Part shown: positions 1 through 10,317 of the stretch, one piece after another
Layout of the letters: each line of letters starts with the position of its first letter
How positions within the stretch are numbered: the stretch's first letter is position 1
Source: an uncultured Planctomycetia bacterium
Lineage (GTDB): Bacteria; Omnitrophota; Gorgyraeia; Duberdicusellales; 4484-171
DNA length: 64,000 nucleotides
Assembly (NCBI GenBank): GCA_964489445.1
Contig: CAZAYU010000007.1
Span: 37,579-101,578 of the forward strand
Direction: 5' to 3'
The notes under the pieces: model-generated
Told to the model about the DNA's origin: nothing
Database searches by the model: none
Seen by the model: only the letters and a program-made list of their open reading frames with translations
Program-made: the position numbers and the translations under genes

Positions 1-540
1 ATATCTTTGCATAAAGTATCTACGGTTATGAATTTTAGTTAATGAATCGTGGATAGATAGCTCCTGTAGTTTGTCATAGAGTTTTATTTTGTCTAAACAC
101 AAATTTAACACATTAACAAAATAGGAAGAATAACGGAGAACTATTGTTGATTTAGTTTTAATGTATAGTGACTCTTTACTTCTTTTTCCAATCTTAAATT
201 GTAACCAGTCTTTTCCTTTAGGTTGTTCTCCTGTGATCTTTATCTCCTTGATATTTCCCAGTTGACGCATGTTCTCCGAAAAAACATTAAGGATTTCTTG
301 TTTGTCTAATAGCGGAGAAATTTTTCGAGATAAGTCATAAAATAAAAAACGTGCTGATAAATTATTTTTAGCTGTTTCTATTTCCTTGGCTAGTCCGCTA
401 TTCTTTTTTGCAAGCATAGATTTTTCGGCAAAGAGGTCTTTCGCCTCTATCTCACGAGATAGTTTATAGTTACGGAAAGAAACATATTTACTTACGATGA
501 ATAATAAAAATAAGCCTATTGTGACTACCCAGAAAAACAT
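1..540 (-). CDS. GGDEF-domain protein, N-terminal 180 codons only (the gene runs off the left edge). It has a TM segment and coiled coil, and ends in the window with the GGDEF-domain start LSIHDSLTKIHNRRYF
   Basis: I translated the minus strand from the ATG at 538-540 to position 1 by hand. The frame is open for 180 codons with no stop (MFFWVVTIGLFLLFIVSKYVSFRNYKLSREIEAKDLFAEK...ELSIHDSLTKIHNRRYFMQRY), and the DxLTxxxNRRxF motif is the characteristic start of a GGDEF domain. The ORF track omits it because it is truncated by the window edge. Confidence 0.5.
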   Translation of the reverse strand, partial: MFFWVVTIGLFLLFIVSKYVSFRNYKLSREIEAKDLFAEKSMLAKKNSGLAKEIETAKNNLSARFLFYDLSRKISPLLDKQEILNVFSENMRQLGNIKEIKITGEQPKGKDWLQFKIGKRSKESLYIKTKSTIVLRYSSYFVNVLNLCLDKIKLYDKLQELSIHDSLTKIHNRRYFMQRY

Positions 541-1808
541 ACTTGATTTTTTCCCATTTTTTTTGCCTTGTACATTAATTTATCTGATTGCCTTACCAGT
601 TCGATTGCTTCTGTGTCGGTGCCCGAAAATAATAGTGCACCTAGGGACACGGTAAACTTTATGCGATTCCTTCTGAAGGATATTCCCGAATCCTCGATTG
701 TTTTCCTAATTTTTTCAGAGATAGTCAAAATATATTGTTTATTGCACCCCACAATCAAAATGATAAACTCTTCTCCGCCGAAGCGCGATACTACATTCCC
801 TCCTCCGGTTGCAAGCTTTATTAAAATTGTAGATATTTTTTTTAAAACCAAATCACCAACAATATGTCCATGCGTGTCGTTGATGCTTTTAAATCCATCA
901 ATATCCAACATGATTATTCCTGCTTCGATTTTCTTTATTTTCATTCTTTTTATTTCTTCCTTTAGTCTTTCAAAAAAATAATCCTTCAAGAATAGAGAAG
1001 TTAAAGAATCTTGGGTTGCCAGTCCCTCTAACTTTTTAAAAATAAGCATTTTTTCGAAAACAATTGCTCCTAGATCGCAAATGCTACGTAAAACTCTTGA
1101 ATCATTAAGTGAAAAAACGGACGGTTTTCTTGACTCAATTCTGACTACTCCGAGTATTTTATTTCCTGCTGAAAGCGGCGAGACAATAAAGGAATTCATT
1201 GCCCGGGAAGAATATGCACTGATTTTATTGTAGTCAAAGCGAAAATCATTTGTAATGTCTTCTATCGATAACGAAATATTGTGCTTTAACACCCAACGAT
1301 CAAGGAGATTACCTTTTTTTTCCTTAATATAAAAATCATACTTTTTTATGGAATTAACTATGTTTAACGTGTCTTTTTCTTTATCAAATTCAAAGAAGAT
1401 AAAACTTTCTGCCTGAGGGAACAATTCTTCTAAAGCAGAAAGCACTAATTTAACAATATCTTCGTCGTCGACAGCTTCAATTAACTTTTGAGATATTTGG
1501 AAGAGAGAAGACATCTGCTTATACTCTAGGGGCAGTGTACTTAGGGACTCTTTTTCCTGGCGAATATTTTCTTGTAAAAGATTTATTTCGCTCTCGACTC
1601 CATTAAGCTTTCCATGTAAATTACCCAAGACACGTAAACGCATCTTGTAGAAAATGAAGAGTACGATCCCGGAAGCAAATCCTAGCAAAACAAGATGCCC
1701 GAACTCCAATTTTCCCATTACCATAAATAAAAACGGAATTATCGCAAACAGAAATGATATTGTGTGGATAATAGTTTTAGACAATAGTGTGTTCGGTTGA
1801 AGGGTCAA
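525..1808 (-). CDS. Diguanylate cyclase with N-terminal TM segments, coiled coil and a GAF-like domain
   Basis: The GGEEF active-site motif is present (RFGGEEFIILIV) within a DxLTxLxNRR...GGEEF domain architecture, with a hydrophobic N-terminus. The annotated start overlaps the upstream ABC ATPase by about 30 nt, so the true start is probably an internal Met. Confidence 0.85.
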   Translation of the reverse strand: MTLQPNTLLSKTIIHTISFLFAIIPFLFMVMGKLEFGHLVLLGFASGIVLFIFYKMRLRVLGNLHGKLNGVESEINLLQENIRQEKESLSTLPLEYKQMSSLFQISQKLIEAVDDEDIVKLVLSALEELFPQAESFIFFEFDKEKDTLNIVNSIKKYDFYIKEKKGNLLDRWVLKHNISLSIEDITNDFRFDYNKISAYSSRAMNSFIVSPLSAGNKILGVVRIESRKPSVFSLNDSRVLRSICDLGAIVFEKMLIFKKLEGLATQDSLTSLFLKDYFFERLKEEIKRMKIKKIEAGIIMLDIDGFKSINDTHGHIVGDLVLKKISTILIKLATGGGNVVSRFGGEEFIILIVGCNKQYILTISEKIRKTIEDSGISFRRNRIKFTVSLGALLFSGTDTEAIELVRQSDKLMYKAKKMGKNQVCFSG

Positions 1809-2880
1809 AAAAATGAACCTTCTTCATGTTAAATACAATATCCATCCTACTCCCAATAATTGGACTATTGGCAGCGTCAACAACGGCAGTCATGGTATGA
1901 TCTCCCGATGAAAGATAAAGATAATTGCTAGCACCCATAGTTTCTACAACATCGCAAACTACCGACAATGTGTTATTGGGAGTAGCGTTAGATGCAAAAA
2001 GCTTATCATAGATATTCTCTGGCCGGATACCTAAAATAATTTTTTCACCGGTATATTTTTGTAGTTTTTTATGCATTTGTTCTAATATCTTTACTTTGAA
2101 GTTTCCTTGAGCAAAATAAAAATCCCCATCCTTTTTAATTATTTTTCCGTTAATGAAGTTCATCGATGGTGACCCAATAAAACCCGCTACAAACTTATTA
2201 GCTGGGCTATTGTAAATCTTTAGTGGTGAATCAAATTGCAGAACTTTCCCGCCTTTCATCACGGCGATTCTATCTCCTAGGGTCATTGCTTCAGTTTGAT
2301 CATGAGTTACATAAATCATTGTGGTTTGTATTTTTAGGTGAAGCTTGTGTATTTCAATGCGCATTTGTAATCGTAGCTTTGCGTCAAGATTGCTTAGCGG
2401 TTCATCAAATAAGAATGTCTTTGGTTTTCTGACTATTGCTCTTCCCGTTGCTACTCTTTGTCTCTCACCGCCAGAAATTTCTTTTGGCTTACGATTAAGC
2501 AAATGTGTAATACCTAAAATCTGTGCAGCCTCTTTGACTCTTTTGTCAATATCTGCCTTTGCATAATTTCTTAGTCGTAAAGCAAAAGACATATTTTGGT
2601 AAACATTCATGTGGGGATAAAGAGCATAATTTTGGAAAACCATGGCTATGTCCCTGTCTTTTGCTGGAACACCATTAATTAATTGATCCCCAATATAAAT
2701 CTCACCCTTACTGGGCGTTTCTAACCCAGCAATCATTCTTAGGGTTGTTGATTTTCCACATCCGGAAGGTCCAACTAATACAACAAATTCTTTGTCATTA
2801 ATGTTTAGACTTACGTCACTGACAGCTGTAACATTGCTTCCGTAAATTTTGCTTATATTTTTTATAACTACTTTTGCCAT
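1777..2880 (-). CDS. ABC transporter ATP-binding protein, MalK/UgpC/MsmK sugar-importer type
   Basis: Walker A is GPSGCGKST, the ABC signature is ISGGERQRVA and Walker B is FLFDEPLSNLD. The C-terminal roughly 120 aa fit a TOBE regulatory domain. Confidence 0.85.
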   Translation of the reverse strand: MAKVVIKNISKIYGSNVTAVSDVSLNINDKEFVVLVGPSGCGKSTTLRMIAGLETPSKGEIYIGDQLINGVPAKDRDIAMVFQNYALYPHMNVYQNMSFALRLRNYAKADIDKRVKEAAQILGITHLLNRKPKEISGGERQRVATGRAIVRKPKTFLFDEPLSNLDAKLRLQMRIEIHKLHLKIQTTMIYVTHDQTEAMTLGDRIAVMKGGKVLQFDSPLKIYNSPANKFVAGFIGSPSMNFINGKIIKKDGDFYFAQGNFKVKILEQMHKKLQKYTGEKIILGIRPENIYDKLFASNATPNNTLSVVCDVVETMGASNYLYLSSGDHTMTAVVDAANSPIIGSRMDIVFNMKKVHFFDPSTEHTIV

Positions 2881-2913
2881 AAGTTAAAAGTTTAGTTTTT
2901 TACTCTTAAAATG

Positions 2914-3753
2914 TCAAGCTAAATATTCTAAAATTTTTGAAATTGTTTCTTTTAATTTTTTTCGTTCCACTACCATGTCGATAAGTCCGTGCTCCAAGTT
3001 AAATTCTGATGTTTGAAATCCTTCCGGCAATTCCTGCTTTAGGGTTTGTTTAATTACGCGTGGCCCGGTAAATCCAATTAACGCTTTGGGCTCAGCAATA
3101 GTTACATCACCTAGACCAGCGAACGATGCCAGCACTCCAGCCATTGTCGGGTGTGTTAGAACTGAGATAAACGGAATATTGTTTTTCTTTAAAAGTGAGA
3201 TAACACCGCTTGTTTTAGCCATTTGCATTAAGCTTAGCATCCCCTCGTACATTCTTGCGCCACCTCCAGATCCAGAAACAACTATTAAAGGAATTTTTTT
3301 ATTCAATGCGACTTCGGCAATACGAGTTATTTTTTCACCAACTACTGATCCCATAGCTCCCATAATAAATCGGGAATCAGTTATCGCAAGTGCAGATTTT
3401 GTTTTATCAATAACGGCTCGACCAACAATAACCGCTTCTTCTAGACCTGTAGCTGCGTGAGCTTCTTTGAGTTTTTGCTCGTATGTTTTTGGACCTTTAA
3501 ATTTCAAAGGATCCAAAGAAGTGAGACCTTTTTCACACTCGATAAACGTATCTTTATTGGTAAGCATCTCCATCCTCTCCCAGCAAGTAAGTGGAAAATG
3601 ATAGCCACACTTAGAGCAGACTTTTAAGTTTTCGGTTAATGTTTTGTGAAATATGAAATGTGAACATTCTGGACACTTATTCCAAAGCCCGTCAGGAATA
3701 TTATTTTTTTTCTTTTTTGATCGATAGCTAAATTGCTTGCTGAATATTCTCAT
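2914..3753 (-). CDS. accD: Acetyl-CoA carboxylase carboxyltransferase beta subunit
   Basis: There is an N-terminal 4-Cys zinc ribbon (CPECSHFIFHKTLTENLKVCSKCGYH) followed by a carboxyltransferase domain with the glycine-rich segment VVSGSGGGARM. Confidence 0.85.
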   Translation of the reverse strand: MRIFSKQFSYRSKKKKNNIPDGLWNKCPECSHFIFHKTLTENLKVCSKCGYHFPLTCWERMEMLTNKDTFIECEKGLTSLDPLKFKGPKTYEQKLKEAHAATGLEEAVIVGRAVIDKTKSALAITDSRFIMGAMGSVVGEKITRIAEVALNKKIPLIVVSGSGGGARMYEGMLSLMQMAKTSGVISLLKKNNIPFISVLTHPTMAGVLASFAGLGDVTIAEPKALIGFTGPRVIKQTLKQELPEGFQTSEFNLEHGLIDMVVERKKLKETISKILEYLA

Positions 3754-3760
3754 CTTAAAT

Positions 3761-4960
3761 TTATTCTTTACAAAACTTCCTTGCTACAATTCCAGACAAT
3801 AATTTTGGATAAAAATAAGTTGATTTTTGCGGAAAACGTAAACCACGCTCAGACACTCTAAAGACTGACTTTAGGTTAACTGTTTTTAGTATGAACGCTG
3901 TTTTTTTTATTCCAGCGAGCTCTTGAGCTTCCTCAATGCTATGCGTATATTTAATATCACCAGACGTATCAAGTAAAGGTAGAATTATGTTATGTAAAAT
4001 ACATGTTGGTAAGCTATGATATTCTTTTTCAGCTATTCTAGACAGAATCTGCATATCTTTTATTCTTAAAAAATAAAATTTCCCTTCCTGAAAAATGCCA
4101 AAGCAAAATTTTTTCTCTAATCCAAACTTCTTTTCCAGACCATTCTTGCTGACTGTTTCAATTATAAAATGCTTATTGAGCCTGGCAAGTAAGACCTTAC
4201 CTTTTTGTTCAACGGATACTACTCTGTGTGTAGGCAGAATCATCAATCCTTTTTGTGGTCCAGTAATATAGGCTAGTATATAATTTAAATCTTTAAATTT
4301 ATTTTTATTCTTGGAAAAGTAATCGTAAGAAGTTTCAAACCGATGATGCCCATCAGCGATGACCAATGATAGGTTGCTGCTTTCTTTAGTCATATTTTGA
4401 ATGTCCATCTTATTTTCAATTATCCAAACCTTATTCAAATTAGAGTCACTATCTTTAAAACACAAAAATGGTTTTTTGGAAGAATATTTCTTGTGCATTA
4501 TTTCTAGCTCTTTAAAACGACGAGACGCAATAACAAATATTGGGCTTAGACTTGCCTTAGTTGCGGTCATTATTTTTCTCCGATCTTCCTTAGGCGCGTG
4601 GAGAGTGTGCTCATGCGGAAATATCTTCTTTTTATCCATCTTCAATAAAACAAGGATTCCAAAGCGTTTATATGTTGACTTTTCCACTTTAAAATTCTGT
4701 TCGTATAGATAAAATGCATCTTTCTTATTCTTAATTAATATGTTTTGTTTAAGCCAAGTTTGGAAAGTTTTGTTTGATTTTAGATAATCGTTATTATCAG
4801 CAATGCTGATTCGGGAAAAATTATAAGGTGATTTCTTTCGTAATCCTTTTAGCTGCTGCTTATTAATAACATCATACGGAGGGCAGACAACTAGAGAATG
4901 GTCGCTAGTTAATGTTGGATTATAGTAAATAGCTTTGAATGGTTTTATTTTTTGAGACAT
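3761..4960 (-). CDS. DUF1015-family conserved protein
   Basis: The N-terminus (IKPFKAIYYNP) and the length (399 aa) match the DUF1015 family. It is translationally coupled to the upstream FmdB-like ORF (start and stop share position 4960). Confidence 0.55.
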   Translation of the reverse strand: MSQKIKPFKAIYYNPTLTSDHSLVVCPPYDVINKQQLKGLRKKSPYNFSRISIADNNDYLKSNKTFQTWLKQNILIKNKKDAFYLYEQNFKVEKSTYKRFGILVLLKMDKKKIFPHEHTLHAPKEDRRKIMTATKASLSPIFVIASRRFKELEIMHKKYSSKKPFLCFKDSDSNLNKVWIIENKMDIQNMTKESSNLSLVIADGHHRFETSYDYFSKNKNKFKDLNYILAYITGPQKGLMILPTHRVVSVEQKGKVLLARLNKHFIIETVSKNGLEKKFGLEKKFCFGIFQEGKFYFLRIKDMQILSRIAEKEYHSLPTCILHNIILPLLDTSGDIKYTHSIEEAQELAGIKKTAFILKTVNLKSVFRVSERGLRFPQKSTYFYPKLLSGIVARKFCKE

Positions 4961-5238
4961 TATTTTTTGCCATTGTTTTTGGCTGTACTGCAGGAATCTT
5001 GTTTACACCCTGAACAAGGTGTCTCTTCATTTTTTTTCACTTTATCGGGAGCACCTTTGTTCTTGTAGTCGGTTGCGTAAAACCCACTCCCCTTAAATAT
5101 AATCCCGCAACCTGAGGAAATCAGTCTTTTAACATTTCCTTTGCATGTAGGACAACTGTTTAGCGGGCTATCGCTTATTTTTTGAAATGCTTCAAAGTTT
5201 TTTCCACATTCCAAGCATTCATATTCATATGTCGGCAT
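4960..5238 (-). CDS. FmdB-family zinc-ribbon putative regulatory protein
   Basis: MPTYEYECLECGKNFE...CPTCKG is the canonical FmdB CxxC...CxxC N-terminus. Confidence 0.6.
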   Translation of the reverse strand: MPTYEYECLECGKNFEAFQKISDSPLNSCPTCKGNVKRLISSGCGIIFKGSGFYATDYKNKGAPDKVKKNEETPCSGCKQDSCSTAKNNGKK

Positions 5239-5308
5239 TATTTTTCTCCTTGTCTATCGAATTTTTACTATTTTTCTTTACAAACCTTAATTTTTTCCAC
5301 TACGTTTT

Positions 5309-6412
5309 TTATTCCCCTCTCATTTTTGCCCATTCTTCTAGAAGATGTTTTTCGCGATGAGATAACTTTCGCGGGATTTCTATTTCTATTTCCACTAATT
5401 CATCACCTAGACGCTTAGTGCGCAAGTTTACAATGCCTTTGCTTTTAAGACGAAACACTGTATTTGGTTGTGTTCCGGAAGGTATTTTCATTTTAACCTT
5501 CCCCGCCAATGCCGGAACTTCAATCTCCGAGCCTAAGATTGCTTTTACTGCGCTTACCTTTATTCGACAACGGACATTATCTCCTTCACGAATGAATGTC
5601 GGATGTGAGCGTACATCAATATAAATATATAGGTCTCCTCTGATTCCTGAGCTAGCATTTCCTTCTTCTTTTAGCCTTAAGACTGAACCGCTATCTACAC
5701 CTTGAGGAACAGTGACCTTAAGATTCTTTTGTTTTTTGATCTTGCCACTTGCCGAACAGGAGCGACAAGGATTTTTAATTACTTTTCCAGATCCTCGACA
5801 AGAAGTGCAAGGTTGAGAAAAGCTAATAAACCCTCCTAAACTACTCCTAACTGCCCCACTTCCTTTGCACGATGGGCAAGCAACTTTTGTTGACCCTGGC
5901 TCAGCTCCACTTCCATTACAATGTGAACAATTATCATATCGATAGTACGAAACTTCTTTTTCAGTTCCAAAACTTGCTTCTTCTAGCGTAACTGATAATT
6001 GAATTTGGATATCTTCTCCGGCCTGACGTTTTCGAGTCTGCTGTCGTCTACCACTTCCAAACATGTCAAACCCAAAATCGGAAAAAATATTTTCAAAAAC
6101 ATTATCACCGCCCACATTATTAAAAAAACTGGAAAAATCAGTCCCTTTAAAAATGTCTTCAGTGGTGTAACGTGAATCAATTCCGGCATGACCATACTGA
6201 TCATATAATTGTTTTTTCTTGGAATCACTTAATACCGCATAAGCTTCAGAAATTTCCTTAAATTTTTCTTCAGCTTCTTTTTTTTGCCCTTCAGGGACTC
6301 GATCAGGATGATGCTTCATAACTAATTGCCGATAAGCTTTTTTAATCTCCTCGACAGAAACCCCCTTAGACAATCCTAATACTTCATAATAATCTTTAGC
6401 TGTGCTCATCAT
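5309..6412 (-). CDS. dnaJ: Chaperone DnaJ
   Basis: It has a J-domain with the HPD motif (KHHPDR), a G/F-rich region and four CxxCxGxG zinc-finger repeats. Confidence 0.9.
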   Translation of the reverse strand: MMSTAKDYYEVLGLSKGVSVEEIKKAYRQLVMKHHPDRVPEGQKKEAEEKFKEISEAYAVLSDSKKKQLYDQYGHAGIDSRYTTEDIFKGTDFSSFFNNVGGDNVFENIFSDFGFDMFGSGRRQQTRKRQAGEDIQIQLSVTLEEASFGTEKEVSYYRYDNCSHCNGSGAEPGSTKVACPSCKGSGAVRSSLGGFISFSQPCTSCRGSGKVIKNPCRSCSASGKIKKQKNLKVTVPQGVDSGSVLRLKEEGNASSGIRGDLYIYIDVRSHPTFIREGDNVRCRIKVSAVKAILGSEIEVPALAGKVKMKIPSGTQPNTVFRLKSKGIVNLRTKRLGDELVEIEIEIPRKLSHREKHLLEEWAKMRGE

Positions 6413-6486
6413 TTTAGCTCCAGGCTATAAACCTTGCATCCGACAAGTTCTATAATCCATTTTTTCTATTTTTGCGCTACGAACTA

Positions 6487-8391
6487 CTACTTACTATTGC
6501 TTCCTTCATCTTTATACTCAGCATCAACCACTTTTTCATCTTTTGGTTGCTCTTGAGAGGTTTCTTTTTTTTCACTCTGGGTGTTTTGCTCTTGCTGCTG
6601 TTGTTCTGTGGCATTTGGATCTTGCGTTTGGCTGGTATTCTTGTATATCTGTTCAGCCAATTTATGAGAAGCATTGGTCAAGTCTTCAATTGCCTTCTTA
6701 GTTCCGGGTGCATCTAGCTCACTGTCCTTTAATTTTTCCTTAAGAATGTTTAACTTTTCTTCAATATTCTTTTTATCTGCTTCCGGCACCTTATCGCCGT
6801 GTTCTTTTAACGATTTTTCAGTGGCATAGACTAATGTATCTGCTTGATTTTTTAGTTCGACTGCTTCCTTTTTCTTTTTATCTTCTTCGGCATAGCTTTC
6901 AGCTTCTTTAACCATTTTTTTAATTTCCTCTTCAGAGAGTTTATCTGGGGCAGTAATTCTTATTGACTGTTCTTTTCCGGTTCCTTTGTCTTTCGCAGTT
7001 ACATGAACAATACCATTGGTATCAATATCAAATGTAACCTCAATCTGCGGGGTTCCTCTCCGCGCAGATGGAATCCCGTCTAACTTAAATAGTCCAAGTT
7101 GAGTATTGTCCGTAGCCATTTCTCGTTCTCCTTGCAAAACTCTAATGTCTACTGCAGGCTGATTATCTTCAGCAGTAGAGAATACCTGGCTTTTTTTAGT
7201 TGGTATTGTAGTATTTCTTTCAATGAGTCTAGTGAATACTCCACCTAGAGTTTCAATGCCTAAGGAAAGGGGTGTAACATCTAACAAGAGTACATCCTTA
7301 GTGTCTCCCTTAATTATTGACCCCTGAACAGCAGCACCCATAGAAACGCATTCCATAGGATCTATTCCTCGTTCAATTTTTTTGCCTACGTAATCTTCTA
7401 CAAATTTTTGAACAATTGGCATCCTTGTCGGTCCGCCTACCATTATTACTTTGTCAATTTCTGCAGGACCTAACTTAGCATCGCCAATTACATGCTCCAG
7501 GGGAGCTTTGCAGCGATCGATAATTGGCATTATTAGCTCTTCTAATTTTGCCCTGTTAATAGACATTGTAAGATGCTTGGGCCCGCTTGAATCTGCAGTG
7601 ATAAACGGAAGATTAATATCTGTAGTCACTGTACTAGATAATTCAATTTTTGCTTTCTCAGCTGCTTCACGTAAGCGCTGTGTAGCCATTTTATCATTGC
7701 GCAAGTCAACGCCTGTTTGTTTTTTGAAATCCTCAGCAATATAATTTATGAGCTCGTTATCCATATCTGTTCCACCTAAATGAGTATCCCCACTAGTGGC
7801 TAGAACTTCAAATCCGCCTTCAGCCCACATTTCCATTATCGTGACGTCTAATGTTCCCCCGCCAAAATCAAAAACCATAATCTTGAGTTTTTTCCCTACT
7901 TTAGTCAATCCATAAGCTAAACATGCTGCTGTTGGTTCATTAATAATCCGAATAACGTTTAGCCCGGCAATTGCTCCGGCATCTTTGGTTGCCTGGCGTT
8001 GGTTATCATTAAAGTAAGCCGGAACAGTAACTACTGCTTCTTTGACTTCTTCACCTAAATAGCTTTCCGCATCCTGTTTAATTTTTTGAAGGATAAAAGC
8101 AGATATTTGCTGAGGAGTATACTCTTTTCCATATACTGTAAATTTATAATCAGTTCCAATTTTTCGCTTTGCAGCTAGAACAGTTCCTTCCGGGTTAACT
8201 GCGCTTTGTCTTCTGGCTGGCTCACCTACCAACTTTTGCCCATCTTTGGTGAACGCAACTACAGAAGGAAAAGCCTTACCGCTGGCTACTCCGGCTCCTT
8301 CAGCTGAAGGAATAATTGCTGGACGGCCACCTTCCATTACTGCTGCTGATGAATTTGAAGTTCCTAAATCAATTCCAATTACTCTTGCCAT
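6487..8391 (-). CDS. dnaK: Chaperone DnaK (Hsp70)
   Basis: The Hsp70 signatures are present ([18 protein letters not shown]) and the length is 634 aa, with an acidic C-terminal tail. Confidence 0.95.
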   Translation of the reverse strand: MARVIGIDLGTSNSSAAVMEGGRPAIIPSAEGAGVASGKAFPSVVAFTKDGQKLVGEPARRQSAVNPEGTVLAAKRKIGTDYKFTVYGKEYTPQQISAFILQKIKQDAESYLGEEVKEAVVTVPAYFNDNQRQATKDAGAIAGLNVIRIINEPTAACLAYGLTKVGKKLKIMVFDFGGGTLDVTIMEMWAEGGFEVLATSGDTHLGGTDMDNELINYIAEDFKKQTGVDLRNDKMATQRLREAAEKAKIELSSTVTTDINLPFITADSSGPKHLTMSINRAKLEELIMPIIDRCKAPLEHVIGDAKLGPAEIDKVIMVGGPTRMPIVQKFVEDYVGKKIERGIDPMECVSMGAAVQGSIIKGDTKDVLLLDVTPLSLGIETLGGVFTRLIERNTTIPTKKSQVFSTAEDNQPAVDIRVLQGEREMATDNTQLGLFKLDGIPSARRGTPQIEVTFDIDTNGIVHVTAKDKGTGKEQSIRITAPDKLSEEEIKKMVKEAESYAEEDKKKKEAVELKNQADTLVYATEKSLKEHGDKVPEADKKNIEEKLNILKEKLKDSELDAPGTKKAIEDLTNASHKLAEQIYKNTSQTQDPNATEQQQQEQNTQSEKKETSQEQPKDEKVVDAEYKDEGSNSK

Positions 8392-8462
8392 TTCAATACC
8401 TCCTAAATTATTTGTTAAAATAAATTATCTTGTTGATTAACGCAACTGTATCTGTTTGATTA

Positions 8463-9101
8463 CTAAATTGCCTTTTCTTCTTTTTTTGGTTCTTGATTGC
8501 TATCATCTTCTTCTTGTTTATCATTTTCTTTTTGAGAAACGTCATTGCATTTTCCTTTGACAACCTTAACTCTTGACGGCCGAATTATTTTTCCGTTTAG
8601 CAAATATCCAGCTTGCATCTCTTCACTTATTGAATCTTCTTCTTTATCTCCGTCAATTACTTCTACAGCTTCATGGTGATGCGGGTTAAACTTTTCACCA
8701 ACAGATTTAATTCTAACTAACCCTTTGTTTTCCAAAAGAACATGCAGCTGTTTGGAAATCATATCTACTCCTTGATGTAATAAGTCAAAGTCCTTCTTTA
8801 ATTCCGCAGCTTTAATCCCTCTTTCAAAATTATCCAATATTTCTAACAATTCAATGATTAAGCCTTCATTAGCAAATTTAACAAACTCGATTCGATCTCT
8901 GGATGCACGTTTTCGATAGTTATCGAATTCTGCTTGAAGACGAATATATCTGTCTTCAATTTCTCTTTTTTCTTTTTCAAGATTTTTACCTTCAATGCCA
9001 CGCTCTTTAGTTTTTTCGTTATCATCTATAGCTTCAGTAGCCTGGCCCTTTAACGGTTGCTCTTCCTCTATTTTCTTATTGTCCTTACATTCTTTATTCA
9101 T
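8463..9101 (-). CDS. grpE: Nucleotide exchange factor GrpE
   Basis: The GrpE fold is recognisable (a coiled-coil N-terminal part and a C-terminal beta domain) and the gene sits between hrcA and dnaK, as is typical. Confidence 0.85.
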   Translation of the reverse strand: MNKECKDNKKIEEEQPLKGQATEAIDDNEKTKERGIEGKNLEKEKREIEDRYIRLQAEFDNYRKRASRDRIEFVKFANEGLIIELLEILDNFERGIKAAELKKDFDLLHQGVDMISKQLHVLLENKGLVRIKSVGEKFNPHHHEAVEVIDGDKEEDSISEEMQAGYLLNGKIIRPSRVKVVKGKCNDVSQKENDKQEEDDSNQEPKKEEKAI

Positions 9102-9114
9102 TGTTTAATCCTTT

Positions 9115-9861
9115 CTAACTTTGGATGAAGTCTTCCATAATTACCCTTAACTGCTTTGTTACTGACTGTAAGCATCCTAGGGCTTTTGTGTAGTTCATTC
9201 TCATTGGTCCCAGCAAAGCTAAGGCAAAAATCAAGTCTTTTCCTTTTAATCCTGACGCTACTAGAGAACAGTCTGAGATTCCATCAAATCCTATGTCATC
9301 ACCGATAAGTATCTGAATGTCAGCATCAATACAGCTAAACAGCACCTCCTGAAGGTCATCCATTTTCATTTCTAATGTATAAAATATATGTTTTAACCGT
9401 TCGATATCTTCAAATTCCGGTTGATCCATAATTAAACGCATGCCACGGAAAAAAATTTTCTCTTTTTGACCGGAAACAGCGACCATTGAAGTGTAGCCAC
9501 TGGTTTCCACTAAAGCATCTAATGAATGATCTATAATTTCTTCAATGCCAAAATTAACTGACGAAGTCGAGTTAAGCAACGAGGAAAAAGTATCGGCAAT
9601 ATCCTTACCTTTGAGACGCTGAACATATTGCTTAAAGCCATTTTGTGTTGGTACCCTTCCGGAAGAAGTATGTAAATGACATAGCAGCCCTTGATTTTCT
9701 AGAGAAAGCATTATATTACGCACCGTTGCTGGTGAATAATTAAGCTTACACTTTTGGCAAAGATATGCTGAACTTATTGGTTTTGATTCTTGAATGTAAC
9801 TTTCCGCAATAAGGTCTAGTATCTCTTCTTCACGTACACGAACATCAATAAATTTTACCAT
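9115..9861 (-). CDS. hrcA: Heat-inducible transcription repressor HrcA (short form, 248 aa)
   Basis: The N-terminal winged HTH resembles HrcA (ISSAYLCQKCKLNYSPATVRNIMLSLENQGLL...SGRVPT), the gene sits at the head of grpE-dnaK-dnaJ, and a CIRCE lies 12 nt upstream. Confidence 0.8.
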   Translation of the reverse strand: MVKFIDVRVREEEILDLIAESYIQESKPISSAYLCQKCKLNYSPATVRNIMLSLENQGLLCHLHTSSGRVPTQNGFKQYVQRLKGKDIADTFSSLLNSTSSVNFGIEEIIDHSLDALVETSGYTSMVAVSGQKEKIFFRGMRLIMDQPEFEDIERLKHIFYTLEMKMDDLQEVLFSCIDADIQILIGDDIGFDGISDCSLVASGLKGKDLIFALALLGPMRMNYTKALGCLQSVTKQLRVIMEDFIQS

Positions 9862-9872
9862 TTTTTATCCTA

Positions 9873-9899
9873 TTAGCACTCCTTACCAGAGAGTGCCAG
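9873..9899 (-). promoter_or_regulatory. CIRCE operator (HrcA binding site) in front of the hrcA-grpE-dnaK-dnaJ operon
   Basis: The sequence is TTAGCACTC-N9-GAGTGCCAG, against the consensus TTAGCACTC-N9-GAGTGCTAA. The left arm is perfect and the right arm matches at 7 of 9 positions. Confidence 0.75.
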
Positions 9900-9901
9900 A
9901 C

Positions 9902-9930
9902 ATCCTAACACAGAGCCTAAGGTTAGTCAA
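9902..9930 (-). promoter_or_regulatory. Candidate sigma-A promoter of the hrcA operon
   Basis: On the minus strand it reads TTGACT-N17-TAGGAT and lies immediately upstream of the CIRCE. Confidence 0.4.
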
Positions 9931-9951
9931 GTTAAACTGCAAAACAAAACT

Positions 9952-10317
9952 CTATTGGTCATCTAAATCTAAGCAAGCCTCTGTGTGTCGAATTCCTTTC
10001 TTTTTTCTTCTGCTTTCAATTTTGTCCTTCAATTTCTCAACACGTGTAATTAACGCCGCAAATCCTTTATTTATTGCTGAAGAAGTATCTGTGCATTTTT
10101 CTTCAATAGCTAAAACATTAGAATGTGGTAGGTAAGCACGCATACGGCAGAAATATTGTTCACGATGCGGATTTTTTTCAATATGTACCGAAACGTGTAT
10201 TGCCTCATCATGATTAAACATTTTTAAATGCCTTTTTAATTTTTGAAAGTTATTCTCCAAGGCATTGTTAACGAATTCGCTTGTTTTCATATATTTAAAT
10301 GAAACGTCTATACGCAT
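9952..10317 (-). CDS. hpf: Ribosome hibernation promoting factor (RaiA/YfiA family)
   Basis: It has the S30AE-family fold and length (121 aa), with the conserved N-terminus [30 protein letters not shown]. Confidence 0.8.
   Translation of the reverse strand: MRIDVSFKYMKTSEFVNNALENNFQKLKRHLKMFNHDEAIHVSVHIEKNPHREQYFCRMRAYLPHSNVLAIEEKCTDTSSAINKGFAALITRVEKLKDKIESRRKKKGIRHTEACLDLDDQ

Noticed and set aside
568-981. Plus-strand ORFs of 60-145 aa listed in the track (e.g. 568..981, 2223..2432, 3086..3460, 4401..4712, 7451..7744, 11953..12348, 24739..25176, 26644..26973, 28015..28359, 60618..61154, 62714..62977)
   Set aside because: Each lies entirely inside a well-supported minus-strand gene on the opposite strand, has no RBS or motif, and has low-complexity composition typical of antisense frames in AT-rich DNA
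6477-6674. 65-aa minus-strand ORF overlapping the dnaK 3' end
   Set aside because: It is an alternative frame of the Lys/Glu-rich DnaK tail with no independent signals
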